This document shows, piece by piece, positions 22,301 through 36,796 of a stretch of 64,000 nt of DNA. The position numbers and the translations under genes are program-made. The notes beneath the pieces are model-generated. The model did not search any database. It saw only the letters and a list, made by a program, of their open reading frames with translations, and was not told where the DNA came from. This DNA comes from Haliotis cracherodii (Eukaryota): assembly GCF_022045235.1 (NCBI RefSeq), contig NW_027266286.1, positions 51,522,001 to 51,586,000 of the forward strand, given 5' to 3'. Positions within the stretch are counted from its first letter, which is position 1; the number at the start of each line of letters is the position of its first letter.

Positions 22301-22831
22301 TTACCAACATGAATCCTGGTTTCTTGAAATCTTTTCCAGGCCTAAGAATTCTCACAATGTCTCAAATGGGTTTTAGCAAATACTTTCTTCTTCGTCAGGG
22401 ACGTCGGTTGTTTTTGCCATTATGTAAATTAGAAAATATTATTCTTAGTCGCAATGATTTAGCAGTCATGGATCCTAAGATATTTTCTGGAAATCAACTG
22501 ACTGCTATTGATTTATCCTTTAACCGTTTTGAAAGTATTCCCTTTGACATCACAACAACTCCGTCTCTGCAACGTCTTGACCTCAGTTCCAACTCACTGC
22601 CTGTGTTATCAGAGTTAGAGAGAACCCTGTTTGATTCCCTAGCAGCAACAAATAACTTCACGTTGAACCTTGGCAACAACCTTCTGTCCTGCGGATGTGA
22701 GAATTTAGTCTTTGTGTTGTGGCTGTTCCACACAGATGTGAAAGTTGAAAACAGAGATTCTTATACCTGTGTATCTGATAGTGGCCATATTACACCCCCA
22801 TCTTATATTTATGATCATTATGATGAAATAT
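19380..22831 (+). repeat. Segmental duplicate of 7447-11131 (TLR upstream region plus ectodomain)
   Basis: Long colinear near-identity is visible from GCCGTTTCACGAAAGCC to GATGAAATATG. Confidence 0.95.
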
Positions 22832-22833
22832 GA
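20964..22833 (+). pseudogene. Truncated TLR paralog (TLR-B): frameshifted, lacks TM and TIR
   Basis: One extra A at 22091-22093 relative to TLR-A. Homology stops at 22831 (YDEI*), just before the TM helix. Confidence 0.92.
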
Positions 22834-25800
22834 AATAACGCAGACCTATGAATGATTACATCGAACATTTCTGGGCACTTGTTCCTTGAAAGGAATGTCA
22901 GTTTTGCGATCTTTCTAGAAAAGTGTTCTTTTGCAGTTCTGCACGTTTGTACATTCAAATCCAATTATAATCCAGGGAACATACTTACTAAATAGTGATT
23001 CGTAAAACCGGTTTTTGGACGTAGTGCATATTTTCTTTGACAAGTACGTTTCGAATTAATGAATTTCGATTAGTCAAGCAGAGTTAGCTCTCTTTTCGAG
23101 CTACACATAATGCGGTTTTGCGGACTCGTCTGATAACTTTCATAACAATTTCACTTGCATACTGCAAGTATTCCTCCTACACCATGCACGTCTAGATGTC
23201 CTTTACAAACCTCGTCCAATTGCGGGGTGTCGTCATGTTAGACGTACACATAGATTTTGAAGAAATGATTCCAATGCTCATATCCAAATTATCTGCGTCC
23301 AGAATGGTCCCTATATGGCTGAAATAATGACGGTGTATCGTGAAACAAATGCCAGAAATTACGTCATAGGGTATTGTGACGTGACCGTAGACTTTGTGGT
23401 GCAGATCCGCATTCCACAAGGCGATCGTAGCGCAACAACAGTCGTAAGTTTTTGTTATTGTATGGGACTTACGATTACCCCAGCTCTACGACAGCTTTGA
23501 GGAACGGACCCGTGAATTCTGAAGGCGGGCCATTGAATGGTACTAAGTTAATACGTATCCGTCATTAACTTATAATGGGTTTAAAAGTATTTTTCTGTTG
23601 AACTCAATTGGATGATGCTGTGGATCGCATATATGTCTGCCTATTTACACATTACAGTGAAATTTAAGAAATAGTTTCAAACGGCAAGTAAAAAATATGA
23701 TACTATACTCGCTGCCGTGTTATACCAATTTTATGAAACTTGTGAATAGTTCTGGCATCTGACGAGTTTAGTATTCTATGTTTATCTGGACATAACGGTT
23801 TACCTGCAGGAGCAAGTGGACTTTGAATTGCATTATGATACTTTAGTGCACCCTCTGTCTGTCTTATAGCACAGTGAAATATTCTGGACCCACGAATAGG
23901 TCTATGAACACATTACCGCAATATCCTTTTATCACACGTGGCCAAATTACTAAGTGCCCACATAACCAAAACATTTACCTGTTCTCTAACTCTACGTTTT
24001 TGGTAAAAATGACAGGCTGTGATGATGCTTCCAAACTCAAGTAAGTTATTACAGTTACATAGGAAACACAGAACACTGACATATGCCTTCTTGTATTGAC
24101 AGGGCTCGAATGCAGGGTATGGTGAATATAACGGGTGACTGTTTTGCAGCTTCTATGCTAGATCACTTCTTCCCATACATCCCCGTTGGTCAAACAGATG
24201 TCGATGATTCCAGGGCCTCTGAAGACGAAGACGAAGCCGTGAAAGCGGGCACAGACGTATAAGATGGGCAACTCCGAGATCAAGTAGTTTGTATAGAATA
24301 ATAGTTTAAATACTGTGCAATACACTTGTAATAAGTGCTGAATATAGGCCTAAGAGCAGACTATAGATTTCATAGGCATGTATTGCCAGACGTTCGAATT
24401 GCGTTCGAATGATCAATGAGCGCCCTGTCACCTAAATAATGTATAGTGTGATTATTATCATTATTTTCCAAATGTTGAGAAGCATTGATATATCACCTAG
24501 ACTTATGTTGACGGGAGCAGTGAAGTGGGTCAACAACATTTCACTACATTGGATTAACTATTAATCAAATTAAATGGATTTCAAAATAGCCAAGAGAAGG
24601 ATATTTTGAAGTACATGAAGTGTCACATTTTTAATAACATTAAAAACTTGTCGTTGTACTACTTCGTTTTGCAGCTACATTCATAGCTGTGATTAATAGT
24701 TTGTCAAAATTCTATTTTTCTGGTTGTATCATGTTTTCATTAAAAACAGGATAAGAGTTCATTAGACATTCAGAAGCAAATCAGAAACGTGTTCCCGCGG
24801 TGCCATTGGGAGAAGTCCATCAACCTCAGTACAGGAAATGGCGTTGTGTGTTCACATGTACTTCCACACCTGCGTTAACACCTTAAGATCTTAAGAGTGC
24901 TACACAGCATGTACCGTTATGTCAACATAAATGACATTGTTGGGAGCTGCCAAAAGTAACACACATACCGTGAGCTTCTGACTATTTGGATTATTATCAC
25001 GTTTTCAGAGAATCTACTGCTGGTTAGATTGTGTGGCTATATTGGCTATGGCAGCATCATAGCTGGTTGAGGGAGGAAGTTTCGTTATGACGTATAAAAC
25101 TCATTCACAATAGATGCTGTCTTTGTCTTATTTTCACACGTGGGACACATGATATTGTTGCATAGCGCACAGGAGAAGTGAAAAAACATCGGCTGCAGAG
25201 AGATGGACTGGTGACTGAGCCTGACAACGGAGAGATTCAACGTCTTGAATAAGATGCTTTAAGATGTTGTGTTTCCTTAGACAAGTGACTTTATTCGAAA
25301 CGGGTCTCTGTTCACCCAGCACAGCAAATGAGTATCAGCAGGATTAAATAGTAATGTGGCTATTAACCTTCTAGCACCTCATAAATACATTGCATATTAG
25401 CTGAGTAGAATGAAATTTGCAAACTGATCCATTCTTCTTCTTCTTCATCATCATCATTATGATTATTATTATTAATTTACTCATGTACTTTGGAAGGGAA
25501 ACTTTAAATGTTGAATACCACAAATAAGTTTTATGAGTTTGTATAAATAGATGTTTGTGAAGTCGATGTTACAGTTGTACTGAGTCCTGGCATATTTAAA
25601 TATATAATTCAGTTTGTTACTACGGTAAAGTGGCACAGGAATTTCCATTTGTATCACAAATATTTCCTATTCATTTAAAGTTTAGATAGTGCTTAGATAA
25701 AACTAGTTTCATTGTAATGCAATTATTCCCAAATCCTGGGATCAATTTGATGAATGTAAATAATAGCTTTCGAAATATGCTTTTAATTTCCATAAACTAT

Positions 25801-26549
25801 TTTTGTTTCCTCTGAATTTAATGTAAAACACTCAGTTTTCACAGATAAAAGAATCATATTAAGAACTTAAACGTCACTGGTGTTTCATCATAGTATTTAC
25901 ATATATAGAATAGTATTATATCTTCCTAAATAACTGTTCACAGTTTCTAAAACAAACACGGTGGTTAAAGTCAAGACATTTTCCAGTTTACTCTCAACGT
26001 AGTCTCTGTCAGAAGTGTTTAGCCTGTGTTCGGTCCGACTTGGCCCAGGTGGTCGACGTGCAAAAGTATCTAAGAAAATAACAATTAAATCATAATTTCT
26101 AGATTTTATAAATAATAAGAACAACTTGTCCATGTAAGACACTTGTGTTCTGTCCACTTTTCTAGACTTGGTGATTTGGAGGATAGAGTTACGACACAAG
26201 GCTACCCGGGCGGTTAAAAGCAACTCAAGCCTGACGGAAAGCATTAAATTTTACGTCTATTGACATGTTTTACTCGCTGGCCCGACTTGTAGGCAATCCT
26301 AAATAAATGATAATTACGATTTTGTCTGTGTTTTACGGGTGAGGATGTAAACCTTCCAAACTATATCTTGCAGAAATTATGTCTCTGGAGTTACACAATA
26401 CAATTTTGGTTTAAACGTATTTATTCCATGATATGTACATGGCCGGATCGGCAAACAAGCTGTGTGGGCTTATTTGAATGCCTTTACATATAACATGGCT
26501 AGCTTGCTACTCATTTATCACGTACATCGATACTATGAACCAGGTGTTT

Positions 26550-28700
26550 CATTTATATAAGGTGACTATAATAGTCGTTGTGGCAATTTACTAGATTATG
26601 TAGAGGGTGTGGATGTGATTTTTGAAAGAGGTCGTTGATCCAACTATCAATTCCCATGGTCATGTATTTACGGATTTTCTAATTAATGCCAATTATGCTT
26701 TTGTTAACGGTAGAAACAGCCGAAGTAATGACTATACATATGTGTCATCAAGAGGGTGCTCATTGGTGGACTATTGCATATGCCCATATGACAACCTACA
26801 CGGTATCACAGACTTTGAGGTGACCCGACCGAATGCACTGTTGGAAGCGGTAGGGTGTGTCTCGGGGTATGACGCTAGAACTGTGTGAAAGCTAGACCAC
26901 GCGCTTCTCACGTGGAATGTGAAATTGGACCTCACGTCAGCCTTAAGATGAATATAGATCGAATAATTGTGAAAAACCACAAAGTACTGGAAAAATTAAG
27001 TGTGACACTTCAAACGTGCCAAGTGACTTTATGCAATCAGATTGACAGACTGAGCTGCTGAATGACGTCATCGACAAGTTGGATTCCAGTAAGCAAGAAC
27101 AGGGTGATATTGACGAGACATATAGTGAGTTTACAGTCTGACTGTTATCAGAAATGCAGCAAACACTTCCCACACGTAATATTGTCATTAACAACGGTAA
27201 AAGAAATAAGAAGAGGCGAACTCGGAAGGAATGGTGGAACGACAACATGTGTGTACTTTGGAATGACATGGTATCACCAGAGAGGAATTGGACTAAATGT
27301 CAGGGACCACATAAACAGCATCTTAAAAGTGTATACGTATATAAGCGTAATTTGTTTGACAGAACTGTTCAACGGACTAAACGCCAACATACTAATGCTG
27401 TTCTTCAGGAGCTAAAACATCTGTGTGATACGGACTCCGGAGAATTCTGGAAGAAGATCGACCGGATATGAGTTGGACAGGAGAGAGAAAAGAAAATCCC
27501 AATGGAGGTGTTACTACAGGGTGGGACTGTGAGTAATGATACGAACAGGGTGCTTGAAGAATCGAGACGATCGTACTGTGAACTTCTCAGTAATCACTCG
27601 ACTGAAAACCCAGTGCCTGTTTCTAATATTAACGAAGACGAACACGATGAGCTAAATGCGCCCATCTCCTTGGATGAAGTAAAATTAACCATCATTAAAT
27701 CGAAAAATGGTAAATCACCTGGTCCAGATTGAGATCCCAACTGAAGTGCTCAGAAGTAATAATTGTGTACTTTTTCTCCATAAACTGTTCAATAGGTGTT
27801 TTAAAACTGGAATCCTACCATCTAGCTGGAGTAAAGGAATTATCTCCCCTGTTCCCAAATCAGGGGGTGATCCGAGGGACCCCCTGGCTTATCGAGGCAT
27901 AACTCTCACTAGTTGTGTGTATAAACTTTACTGTGGTATTCTCAATCGAAGATTGACGAAACATGTGGAAGACAATGATCTACTACATGGTTCACAAAAT
28001 GGATTTAGAAAAGGCCGGTCAACTGTAGAACACGTATCTAGTCTTACATCCATAATAGAAAGCCGTAAATCCCAACGAAAATCAATTTACACTGCCTTCA
28101 TTTACTTCCGTAAAGCTTATGATAGCCTTGACAGAAACCTGTTGTGGGAAAAATTGACTGAAAAAGAAATTGGGTTTTTAGAGTAATAAGAAAGCTATCC
28201 GATCTTGGCCTAAATCATTTTGCTAATATCGCCAATAATTATTTTGCCAAATATGTAGTTGCATCTGTCAAGAGTAAAGTGTAAATGGTACAGGAGGAAA
28301 AAAATTAAGAATGTATTGTAATTTTAAGTATTTTCCAAATTGTGAGTTTTATGCTAGTAATTATATGCCTTGTTCTTATAGACGAGCAATTGCTAGTTTT
28401 AATAGTGGAACAGACCCTATAACGATTAAGACGGGACGATACGATGGCACAGTTCTAAATGAGAGATATTGTTTTTAATGTCAGAATATTTTAGAAGATG
28501 AATGCCATGTTATACTTAAATGTCCTTTATACAATGTTGAGAGATCCCAGTTACTTGATCTATATTTTAACACTTGTCCAAATTTTGATATTTTACCTGA
28601 TATTGAAAAGTTATGTTTTATTGTCCAGCCATGATATTTGCTATGTTGCGGGCCAAACCTATTATATTTTAAAGAAAAGAAAAGAAATTTTATATCGTCG
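26550..28700 (+). mobile_element. Decayed non-LTR retrotransposon (APE endonuclease, RT, C-terminal Cys/His motif)
   Basis: GDYNSR, VNGR...YTY...G.SLVDY, KSPGPD, YRGITL, QNGFRKGRST, F.KAYDS, TGRY...EDECHVILKC, in multiple frames. Confidence 0.88.
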
Positions 28701-30743
28701 TTAAACACGTTGTTTATATACTGTTTAAATATATATCTGTATATATGTGTAAATAGTATATAGTCTCTCATAACTCCATGTGGAGTGGCTCAAATTTTAA
28801 TAAGATGCTGTATTTTATAATGTACATTTATGAGGTGAGACTTAAATAAAAATATGCCTGTATGTCTGTCTGCCATAGAGTCAAGGAATACAATGATATA
28901 GTCTGTGTGCTGGAAAGAAATAGTAAACAAACCAGATTATTGTAGTTTAAATCTGTCTGAAAGCAAGATAAAATCATGCACAGAATTTTTGTGTTAGTTT
29001 CTTTAGATTTATGTGGATTGCCATACAGGACCGAGTTAAAATCATATTCATTCAGATAATAATACATATACAATGATATTGCAATATAAAAGGCAGAAGA
29101 AAAGTAGTGGAAATAATCTTCACACTGATGACCACAGAGATAGTAAGTGGGGCAATATATGTCGCGTGATCTTGTTCAAATTTAAATCGTAACTGTTACA
29201 TAAAGTGAAGCATCGTCTGCGAAAAGACGGATTTTCCTTTTGGTGACTTCAACAATGTCAGTATAAAATGAACAATAGCGGCCCCAAGACAGACCCCATG
29301 GGCACATCGGCTATAACTGATTTAGCATCAGATTTGGAACCCTGTACAACAACATGTTGTATTTTATATGAGATATGAGTTTTACCATCTCTGAATGTTA
29401 CCAGTAATTCCATATTTTCGTAGTTTAAATAAAAGACCCTCATGCCAATCTGTACGTCATTGTGCTTGATAAAAGCTTTGTGTCTGGGTTTTTCAGCAGT
29501 TTAAGTTGCTGCACTTGATGTTCTTGCTGTTGTTGATTAACATTTGATACAACGTACACTATATGAGAGGATGACCTTGGAATGTTAACAGGCGTTATTA
29601 TATGTCCAAGATGACATAAATGCCATGTGTGGTACATCCAGTATCTAACATATAAGGGAAACATTTCAAAATTGAATTCAGCAGTTCCATATAATTTGGC
29701 CTGACACTACCATGCCGAATTAAATTCGTGGCGCACTACCATCCCAGCAGTATAAAACAATGCTGATATCAAAATCCTCCTCTCCCATGTGTTGATATGT
29801 CGTAGAGTGAGTGAGTGAGTGAGTGAGTGAGTGACACTAAATGTACATAATATACACATAAAATAGGTTCATTTCCTTTGGTGTAACTGGAGACATATTC
29901 CCTCTCATCCAAAACGTTGGGTCTATGTATAAATTGCTCTGGGAGATTTTAATATCAAAACGTATACTCATAAGGTCCTTTTTGAGTGCAAGCCGAATAC
30001 AAGCGCCGTCAGTGCATTCCCCGAGTTTCACGTAAAATAATTGGAAACGAAAGTAAATACACGATAAGACATGAATGGTTATTGAATAAGTAAATGGTTT
30101 GTCTGGCAATCAATATTTTCGATAATTAAATACGATCGCAAGATTTGAGATCTGCATGTCATGTTGGTACCTATCATTGCGTGTGGTTTGTAAATAGTAT
30201 ATTGTCCTCAAGCATACCAATTGCGTCATCGTCAATGAAAGTTTGATAAAGAAATAAGATTAATACATGAACCTGGATACTTTAAGAATGTGTTATATTC
30301 CACATTACTATCACCCTAAAACGTAATGACAGGATAGACCGGTTGTAGTGAGGAGTATCAGGGCATCTGCCCCCCGGATTACTGCCCCTGGGCAAATGCC
30401 CCCACAAATTTTGACCCAGGGAAAGTACGCTAATCAATGACAGAATATAGCGGATATATTTATCTCTGACAGCTATCAGTTCCAGGTAACTGCAGTTACC
30501 GTGTATGTTATATAAAGGGATTCTACCGACCAGCTCTTTGAAAGGTCCCTCAGCCATTGTCGTCAACAATCAGACCACTGTAGCGATCGTAAGTAAGGCT
30601 TACATTTCGTGATTGATTTCGTAATTGTTTCAACGTTTCTTTCAGTATTTTATGAATTGCCATATTTCAGAGATTTTGTTCATCTCTTTATCACATATGT
30701 GTAAGAAATTCTCTTCAGAGCTTTTTATTTCCGTATTATTTCG

Positions 30744-31005
30744 GACCCGTGAAGATCCGGGGTAGAATAGATCTTCAGCAACCCATGCTTGCCGTAAAAG
30801 GCGACTATGCTTGGCGTAAAAGGCGACTAATGGGATCGGGTGGTCAGGCTCGCCGACTTGGTTGATGCATGTCATCGATCCCAATTGCGTGGATCGATGC
30901 TCATTATATTAATAACTGGATTGTCTGGTCCACACTCGATTATTTACAGACCGCCGTCATATAGCTGGAATACTGCTGAGTGCGGTGTTAAACAACCAAC
31001 CAACT
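30744..31005 (+). mobile_element. Short retroelement, family 1
   Basis: Matches the reverse complement of 8136-8386. Confidence 0.85.
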
Positions 31006-32959
31006 AACCTTATTATTTCACTTATTGTCATATGACAAACATTTATTATTGATAAAATGAATGTTCTGAATATACTTTGAAAATGAATGCAAATGACATT
31101 AAATGTATAAGATGTAATGGCTTTTTGGAAGTAGATCCTGGAAATGTTAAGACAAGTTTAATGTTTTCACTACGCGTTAGTGCATTACATCATTCAATCC
31201 ATGTTCATCTTTGGCTCCTTGGTATGCTGCCCCAAACAATGCAAAATAAATAACCTTGAAAAATATGTTTTAAAAAAATAGAACGAATTACTAAATGCCA
31301 AACATGTACATTAACGTCTGGTAGCATTGGTTTGTGTTGGATTAATGTTTCATTCCGCTCCAGGCGACTTCATTTTTGGTGACGATTCATGAGATAATAC
31401 ATTCCTGAAAAAGAAGACATTTTAACACGTGCCTCTGTAAAGTCACCTTAATAATACAATTACGTAAGGTAGCTGTGTGGCCCACGTCGTGAGAACATTT
31501 TTTTATTACTTTTATTATCTCGAAACTTTCTGTTTAGAAATAACGTGAAATTATCTTTCACTTGAAAATACTGTCCATCGCTAAATTTCATTGTTTAGCA
31601 CAGGGTTCCCTGGATAGGTGCTTACGCTGACAAAGTGAGATTGTTTTATATTTTGTGATCCGAAAGTTACATCAGCACTAGCAGTAAATATAAAAAAATG
31701 AAAACATTTGAAGAATCAGACATAAGTTTTCAAGTTATCACAGTTGAAAATCAATCTTCAGTGAAGAACAATTATCTACGTCATCAGGAGAAAAAAACCC
31801 AAAGATTATTTTGTAACATGTAAAAAACATGAACTAGACAGATACAGGGTGCAGAAATGCAGTATATAGGGGTAATACATTTTAAAAAACAAAACAAATG
31901 CAAAATACCAGAGATAGAAAGATACAGAAAAATAGATACTTTTTGAGGTAACTCTCTTAATACCCTATTGTTTTGAGATTGAGCAATCTTATTCTTAGGT
32001 GCAGGAAACGTGCGAAAACCCCTAGGGCACATTTGACTACATTGTATCAAATAAACCCTACACCTTTGATTCTTTTGATCTTGCTCATTTCAGTCAAACT
32101 ATAATACAGGTAGAAAACAAAGCAATATAGAAAGTATGGGATACCATACAAAACGTTCTCTGTCGAATATTCAGAATAGGATTCCTTTAATTTATGTAAC
32201 TAAATTTCCGTTTCGGGGGGGGGGGGGGGGGGGGGGGGGGGGTGTCATTTCAGGAGGTGTTTTTCTTACATTTGCCACTACTTAGAAGACAATATGGGAA
32301 ATGAGTGCGTTTGGTTTAACACCGCTTTTGACAGTATTCCAGTTATAGAAGAAGAAGAAGAAGAAAAATGGTTTATTTAAGTGTCCAGCGGTGTATACAT
32401 AAAATTACATCAGTTTATACAGGAAATAAAATATATTAAAAGATATACATCGCCCGGCCAACGTGGGCCTATTAGACACTAATGTTCTTAAAAGCACTGC
32501 AAGTGCTAAAATAGTTATAGTGGACAGTGATGAATTTATTAATGGTGCACAAAATAAGTGATAAAAGTATAATACTCGTACATTTATAACAAGCATTGCT
32601 ATACAATGACATGTTTTATAAAATATACAGGGGCATACAATACTAGAATTGGTTTATGACACGTTGTTATATAACCTGCGTTTGTACATTGATTTAATTA
32701 GTGCAGCCACAGAATAGGATAAATTATCGCACTTCATTATCGTTATATTATCGTTATATCGCGGTATGGGAAATGAATATAGACTGCCAGAGTAAATTAA
32801 TACTTTGCAGATGGGAAATCTTTAGGGATTTCTATTTGTGGATCACACCTTCTTTATTTTACTGTAATAGCAACGTTTATGGATCCTTCTACCGTTGCCA
32901 AGGTTGACTGAATAATGAGCATGGTACAGAATAAATATAGTGGGTGGAGGATCAACAGT

Positions 32960-33235
32960 ACCAACATAGGAGGTGGATGGGAATGAAATGCCTTGATCTC
33001 TGTTGATTGATGGCTCATGGCGGCGAATCTGGACTGCTTCTGTTAGTTTTAGTGAACTCGCGGGGTGTTGTTGGGTGGGATTTGGACATTCATTTTTCCA
33101 ATTGATGTTGTGATTGGGGCAGTTGGTGATATGGTCCGAGATGGCTGATTTACTGTCTGATTTGATGGTTGAGGTTTTGTGTTCTTTGATTGTGGGGTTG
33201 AAGGTCCGGTATGTTTCACCTACATAGGATTGTCA
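32960..33235 (-). mobile_element. Penelope-like element fragment (GIY-YIG endonuclease end)
   Basis: The minus strand reads SYVGETYRTF...KEH...SAISDH...H.INW and EAVQIRRHEPSINRDQG. Confidence 0.75.
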
Positions 33236-33918
33236 GTCAATTTTATTCTACACCTTTAGGTTCTTTGAGTGAACCATGAAATGAGACCTGTAAACATCGT
33301 AAATTGACCCTTTTAATCGTGCAATATACCACCTGCTCCAGCTAATGACGTTCACGGTTCTCAATTGTTTAGGTACTGTAGAGTAAAGGCCTGGTTAAGT
33401 CAGAGAAATATAATGATAAACATTAAAAGGAATTCACCAAATATGACACGTCGCTTGTCAACATGATCCGCCATGTTATCCCATACGAGGACCTGGGGTT
33501 TTCACACCTCCTTCCTCGCATTCAGTTACTTAATGAAACTTTTGTGAGTAGCGGGTGCTACCGGTAGAGCAGAGCAGGTTATGGTTACCCATTTCGGAAA
33601 CACCTGGCATCATCATTGATTTTCAGTGATTCATTCATATAATTGTCATCACTATTTTGCCTTTTAGGCTCAATTGAATCTGTCTTGGCAGATATTCGAG
33701 ACTAATTATTCTATGGCGTTGACCTTTAGGAATTAGCTAGGTTACTGATAACAAGAGAAACGAATCTATCATATTATGGATGACCGACCTCCTTCATAGT
33801 ATTACTCATTTCTTTTTGTCTCGGGTGCGTTCACAATCTGTTTGATTGTTTATTAGCAACAGTTATTTGAATGTGAATTTGTATTTTCAGACAGACAGAT
33901 AATGTATTACTATTTCAC

Positions 33919-33921
<3 letters not shown>

Positions 33922-34002
<81 letters not shown>
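33922..34002. repeat. (TA)n microsatellite
   Basis: About 40 TA units. Confidence 0.99.
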
Positions 34003-34005
<3 letters not shown>

Positions 34006-35134
34006 AAATAGAACATGTTGCTCTACACAGTATTCAACCACGGGCAAATCAATGAAGCTCAAAAGCACAGACGCCTCACATGCATAAAGATTTACTTAAT
34101 CCCAGCCAACTCATTACCTCACTGTGATTGTTTGTTTACACATGTCACAAAGGGGTGGTGGGAAAGGAATTGATGTGATCTTGGCAAACAAAGGCACCGA
34201 GACGTGTCAGATCCGTAATGAAATTGGTGAGCTGAACATGTTTGTTCAAGTGAACCAGGCAATAAATCCTACTATTGCCCTGTCACATGTCAGCTAATGT
34301 ATAGTCTATCTCCAACCTACTTGTAGGCTAGAGTCAGCGTGTCTGAGTCCCACTGCGTTTTGAGAATTCCAAAAAATTGCAGATGTTTTCGGATTATCCA
34401 AACAAAAACCAGAATTGATCACTATTGGGGGTTTTAATTACGGAAGGGTTATTTCTTGTTAAACGACGCAGTCGGCAGTGTTTCAGCCCTTTCATGACAG
34501 CCTATAAATATTCGTCTCGGGGCCAACAAACCATTGGTTGTTAACAGGAAAATGCACTGCATTGGAGATTACGGGTGGTACACAATCATCCACCCGATAT
34601 TTTGATTGGCCCCTTACGCAAGCTGCTGTCGATCTGTTCTAACCTCAAATCCCCATTGGGATTCGTATTTGATATAATGATGTACACGTACGTTGTGATT
34701 TAGTTTATCAAAAACAATACCAACAAATGTGTGCCCATTTCTAGTGTCCCCCGCCGTGATATTGCTGGAATATTGCTAAAAGCGGCGTAAAACCATATTC
34801 ACTCACTCACTCTGAAATGTAACCGAATCTAAACAATGAAAAAGGCAAGGATCTTACTCATACTCATCTCAGGAAAACATACTACTCAAGACTGCTCTTA
34901 GTTGACAGTGTACGTGTGTTGCCGACAGACAGAAAATGCGCAGCAGATCCTACATAAATGTACAAAATATTAAATAACACCATTCTTATCTTTTGTGTGA
35001 ACAATAAATGTTAAACACTGGATTATTGATAATGGTGATGTAATCCCTTGTACTATTATAGTATCCGGTATTTGTTCAATGTAATTTCCCATGTATAACA
35101 TGTATAATTTATTGTTTGTTTCAGAGTTGTCACC

Positions 35135-36796
35135 ATGGCTTCATGCAAGAAGATGTTGGCAATGATGTCATTGATAACATGGTGTGTGGTTCTTGTTAAA
35201 TACATGTACACCTCGCCAGCAACAACATTGAACAATGAACAGTATAATCTAGCACTCAAAACATCGAATAATCCTTCATCTAAAAGCATCCCACCATTCA
35301 ATCAGCACTCAAGCATCCTGTCGCATTTATTGACAGGGCACTGGAAAACACGACCTCTGACGAAAACTGAAGACGAACAAATATCGAACTTTCTTTCTGA
35401 CGCAAATGCCCGATACCGGTTCCCTACGAATTATCAAAGGACTGACGGTCTCTGTGGAAATGTTACCCACATCAAATCTAAAGCTGCTGAGTGGATAAGG
35501 GCCTTGTGTGATCCGAAAGGAACAACTCCTTGCTGCTTCAACAACAAATGTGCTTTGAAGTCTGTGGAGGAATGCGTGTGTCCTGATTGTTATGATATGA
35601 GGAACCAGAAACATGCTGAATATTCCACCTGGATACCATCAGACACTAAATACGTCTACAAGGAACACAGCCCCCAAGAAGCTTGTAGCATCCTCAACGG
35701 TAGCACGATTCTGTTTGTTGGGGATTCTCTGGTTCGTCATGTGTACACGGCTATGCTGCTTGTTGTTACAGGAAATATGAAAGATGGAGCTATGAGGGAT
35801 AATGTACCAGAGAGTAAGTTCAAATGGTTCAATGCTTTCAGCTATTAGAATATTTTCCTGCTTGAATCTAAACGAATGAACGAAGAACAGTTTTGTAATA
35901 GAAGTGCATATAATGCATATGCACAGTTATGTCAATGTCAAAATAGAAGGAAACACTCGAATAGACATACATTTATAGTAATATCAACACAGACGTCGAT
36001 GTGTGTTTGTTTGTCTGTTTAATATGACTTGTTCATTATTTTGAGAAAACCGTAGAAGTCCTGATATAAATAAGATAAGCCTTCTTGTGGAATATGTTGT
36101 TAACGCTATGTGCTTCATATGCTTCTTTAGATGTATTCTGAAAGATGTTATAGCAGAAGCAAAACATTGGTCATTGAATGTTTAGTATTATATTTGCCTT
36201 GCCATGTTGAAGTGTATTTACAAAAAGCCTTATTTTGTCTTTCAGATATTAGAAACATGTGTAGCGGAATGTACATGTTCACAGAAAAGGTTTGTCGACT
36301 GAATTTGAAATATGGGTTTAGTGCTTGCAATGGTGCAGTTAACCTGGATCTCAAGTACTACTTCTATGCAGCTTTTGGCCCAGAGTTGAAACAAAGTGCC
36401 GAGAAATTAAATAGCAAGTCTTTAATTTTTACTGGCGTAGGAATTCACAGTCATTATAACCATAAAGAGATTCAAAAGTCGTTTTTGTTAGCAACACTCA
36501 AGTACATAGAGAACAATACGAGACCCTGGCCAAAACTTATGTGGGCAGCTAGTCATGCCCCTGGTATCATGAAGTCCCCGATGGTGTCGTCCCAGTCTTA
36601 TGACAGTGTGAAACGCTTCAATGACAACATGGATCCTTTCCTCAGATCTTGGAAAGTTCCTGTTTTCAATACTTTTAACATGACCGATGGAATGGCGAGT
36701 TTTGATGGTGAGCACTACGGACTTGGGATGAATGTAGTGAAAGCAAATCTACTTCTGAGTTACCTACATGAATTAAAAAATAAAGGATTGTGGTGA
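35135..36796 (+). CDS. Type II membrane Cys-rich/SGNH-fold protein (PC-esterase/NXPE/CASD1-like O-acyltransferase or esterase), copy 1; exons 35135-35813 and 36246-36796, 409 aa
   Basis: N-terminal hydrophobic anchor; DGLCG..CDP..PCC..C..C.C.DC domain; ILFVGDSLVRH and DGEH catalytic-type motifs; phase-1 GTAAGT...TTTCAG intron keeps the frame. Confidence 0.85.

Noticed and set aside
23700-25400. Possible PIF/Harbinger transposase remnants
   Set aside because: Only vague similarity; no diagnostic motif or TIR pair could be pinned down by eye.
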